DNA of 64,000 nucleotides. It comes from Paraspadella gotoi (lineage: Eukaryota > Animalia > Chaetognatha). The position numbers were made by a program, and so were the translations under genes. The notes below the pieces were generated by a model. The model made no database searches. It saw only the letters and a list, made by a program, of their open reading frames with translations, and was not told the origin of the DNA. Positions 61,301 to 64,000 of this stretch are shown here, piece by piece; positions within the stretch are counted from its first letter, which is position 1; the number at the start of each line of letters is the position of its first letter. The stretch spans positions 26,924,551 to 26,988,550 of the forward strand of contig CM119266.1 of NCBI GenBank assembly GCA_051294375.1, in the 5' to 3' direction.

Positions 61301-63716
61301 TCCCTCCGACCAATCGGAAAAAGAGGAGGCGGAAATTAAGCCGCCGCTGGGGGTTGCCATGGAGATTGGAACGAGACGGTTTAGCAATTAGAGGAAAAAG
61401 AAAGTTTGATTGTGGAAGTTTGATTGCCGGGGGAGAATCTTTTTTAATTTTTTTTGACCGCTTGAAGAGAAAGGGTTGGACCGGTAGGTGGTTATTTCTC
61501 AGGGGTAACTTAGGAAGTGAAGGATTTTGTGACCTCGCGTCCGGTCATTTTTCCCTAGTCATTTAGTTGACCTTTTCAGACCAGTCTTTTCACCGTTCTA
61601 GTCGCTTTCTTGTAACTTTCTTTTAGCCAAAAACCTCGTCACTTGTTATTCGATTATAATCGTTTCTCTGGAAAAAATCGGCTGTATGGAACCGATTTTT
61701 TGTTAGACTTATGTTTGCACTACCTATATTCAAAAAATAAAATTTTTCTTTTCAGTATTTTCTACACAGTATATATTTCAAAAAGCCTTGTTTTTTGGTA
61801 TCAAATTCCCTATTATTTTTCGGCCGATAGAGAAATAAAAATTTCGTCGAATACCGCTAATCCCTACCGTAGTTTTTTCCGGAATCCAAGGATTTTCCAC
61901 ACCAATATTTATACGACATTGATTCGTCGTTTATTTTTTCTTCAATAATAAACTTATGCACAATTTATTCACGATTTATTCGTCATTTATTCGATATTTA
62001 CGTATTCGAGATTAGAAAACCTTGCTCAATGTTAAAGCCAGTTTAACCTACAGCCGAATCGAATGAACGCGCGACCCTCGTGGCATAGAAAATAATAAAC
62101 ATTTTCTACAGGAAGCGAATCATTTTTGACAGAAAACAATGGATAAAAAATGAGCAACGAAAACAATATTTCTTTTTCCGTTCCTAAAAATCTGATAAGA
62201 CTTTGGAGGCAAAAAAACAAAAAAATAAAACTCATGAGCTTTTTTGTTCCGACGAATCTCAGAAGAAAGAAGATCATAGAAACAAAACAAAGCGTAAAAA
62301 CAAGAACGGTAATTCCAATGTGTTGAGCCGGAGTTGACTTTATCTTTCACGTAGTATTTCCTTCACATGATAGGCACATGTCCATGACATGACTAAAATT
62401 TTTTTGCCTGCGTATTTATAACATGAACTGCATCAAAATTTCCGTTTTTATTTCCATAGTTTAGGAATTCTTGAAGGAGGCGCTAGCAGTCCCTTAAGAG
62501 TTTTTTTTCTGCTTAACAAATTATATTGCATTTTTAACGTAAGTTGGACAGACCGGACGGATAGACATACCTACCGACCGACGACAAGCGATTTATAGAG
62601 TTGCTCCGCGAGTTCTCGCGGCCCGCTCAAAGGACATCTCAGTTAAATGACCGAACGAAGATTGGAACAGTAACATTTACATCATAGTATTTTGTAGTAA
62701 AGAGAATAGGTGAGGCGCAATAAATGTAAAGAGAGAGATATACACAAACCAAAATAAAAAGGTTTTTTGTGTCGAAGTCAACTCTTTTGCCAAACGCTGA
62801 CAATTTTTGAATTTACTGCCGCCACTGTTTACCTCAGCGCCAACAAAAGAACCAAAACACTCTAAAAACCCTGGCGTGAAAGAGAGAAGGGAAAATGAAA
62901 AAGAGGGGAAGAAAAAAAAAGGAAAAAAAGGAAAAACAAGAAAATGAGGAGATGAGAATGAAAGTAGAAATAACAAATAGGGTAAAAAGAATCTATGGAA
63001 AGGAAAAATAGAAGAGGAAATGAAAGAGAAAAAGAGAAAAAAAGAGAAAGAAAAAAAGAAAAAAACGAACTTTATGATATAAAAGACAAAGCCATAGGTC
63101 TTTGTGTGCACGATAAACGCGGTGGCCTTTAAAAAATAGTTTAAAAAAAAGCGGCTTCGTCACTTGAAATTGAATTAAATCCGAGAAAATATTAAAAAAA
63201 AAAAAGGCGATAACGCCGTTTTAGCGCTGGGTATTCGTAAAAAAACGAGACGCCAAAAAAGAAACAGCCACGCGTCGGGACGCGTTGAAGCGAAAACCGA
63301 AATTCGCGCGGGAATCAACTTTTCATTTTACGATTAAACAAACGAGGGGAAAACTCTTGACGCGGCGACGGTGCGTCGGCGAAGCAGCGTGTCCAGTGCG
63401 GCAGCACAGCCTCGCAGCAAATCGCCCCAAACGTCGCACAAAACAACATTTTTGCGAAGAAAAGTTAAAGAGAGAAGAAAAGATTTAAAGTGAAAGTGGA
63501 GACGATGGTCTTTTGTCATTTTTTTTTGTCCCGACACCGTCGTAACCTTACCCTAAACTCACCCGTAAATGAGACGGTGACGTTGGGCCGAGATCCCTCG
63601 TAGGTAAAAACGAACTTTTCGCATTCTATGATGTCGTTTCCGGTTCTGAAGGCGTGAACGTCTCGGGTGACGCCAGAGGGCAGACCGAAGCGACATCGTA
63701 GATTGTTGTGGAAGTC
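33127..63716 (-). CDS. PlexA: Plexin-A (semaphorin receptor): 3' part from TIG/PSI/IPT through TM to the split GAP/RBD; 5' end outside window
   Basis: More than 20 phase-consistent exons: PSI ([18 protein letters not shown]), IPT ([30 protein letters not shown]), TM ([21 protein letters not shown]), [111 protein letters not shown]. Confidence 0.96.
37972..39676 (-). CDS. VAMP/synaptobrevin-family R-SNARE (VAMP4-like N-terminus), nested in a Plexin intron on the same strand
   Basis: Exons 39676-39635, 39202-39131, 38997-38623, 38281-38156 and 38094-37972 are all phase 0: ..[11 protein letters not shown]|[42 protein letters not shown]|[35 protein letters not shown] motif, WWKN and TM helix are present. 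The start codon is uncertain. Confidence 0.87.
47800..47890 (-). repeat. Fragment of an interspersed repeat also present at ~1440-1520 (+) and ~11358-11382 (-)
   Basis: Shared tatgaaattggtacaaccaata..atccattcat..cttgccyctgacttt. Confidence 0.7.
48158..48333. repeat. Nested tandem duplication built from TGAATCAGGCGACAAATGT units (higher-order period about 85 bp)
   Basis: Directly visible; ..caccaccaaactcggagacctttgcagttgaa occurs twice. Confidence 0.9.
51960..51969. other. Assembly gap (10 N) inside a (CT)n run
   Basis: N characters in the sequence. Confidence 0.99.
62298..62630. mobile_element. Short interspersed element (HINE-like family 2), copy 2, with terminal palindrome
   Basis: Homologous to 27848-28140. 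Ends in (GAC/GACC)n followed by the ccgcgagttctcgcgg palindrome. Confidence 0.7.
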
Positions 63717-64000
63717 CTGATAAATACCCAAAAAAGAAAGAGTCAATTTTGTTGCCATATATTGCATCGAAAACCGGTGAGACGTTCTTGGTAACAAAAA
63801 AAGTTCGATGACCTAAAATTTCATGTCAAAATTTTGAGAAAATATAATAGTTTTCCAATTCAATGGGAAAGAATATCGGAAAAAAAGCGTGTAGAAGCCC
63901 AGAAAAAACCTAGTTGGAATATCGAGTAAAACTTTAAAGGCATTAAATCTAAAATGGCGGTCGAACTTCCGAGAGTGGAGCTATAAAATAAAAGCGGAGA

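Overview
This is intron-rich, AT-rich nuclear DNA from a bilaterian invertebrate, not a prokaryote, so most of the supplied ORF track is noise. Gene models were rebuilt by hand from GT/AG sites and phase continuity. From left to right: (1) the 3' half of a Rabaptin-5/RABEP1-like gene with a C-terminal FYVE finger, whose 4.4-kb intron holds an antisense calcyphosine-like EF-hand gene; (2) an orphan 5-exon gene and a short Ser/Arg-rich ORF; (3) a 5-exon gene whose product looks like a Bmf/Bim-type BH3-only protein; (4) an intronless RRM-like/coiled-coil ORF; (5) vasa, with 9 CCHC knuckles, two probable homopolymer frameshift errors and a GC-AG intron; (6) a nest of non-autonomous transposons (a TIR element containing a Helentron-associated HINE with an 18-bp array); (7) tRNA-Thr(TGT) and a decayed copy; (8) a Lachesin-like 3-Ig GPI gene; (9) the 3' part of a large Plexin-A gene, which carries a complete VAMP-like R-SNARE gene in an intron on the same strand. 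The most interesting observations are a minimal Penelope-type hammerhead ribozyme in an inverted-repeat insertion nested four levels deep, the BH3-only candidate, the same-strand nested VAMP, and a structured ~250-bp element with perfect 4-bp target-site duplications. All family assignments come from recalled motif similarity; no searches were run.
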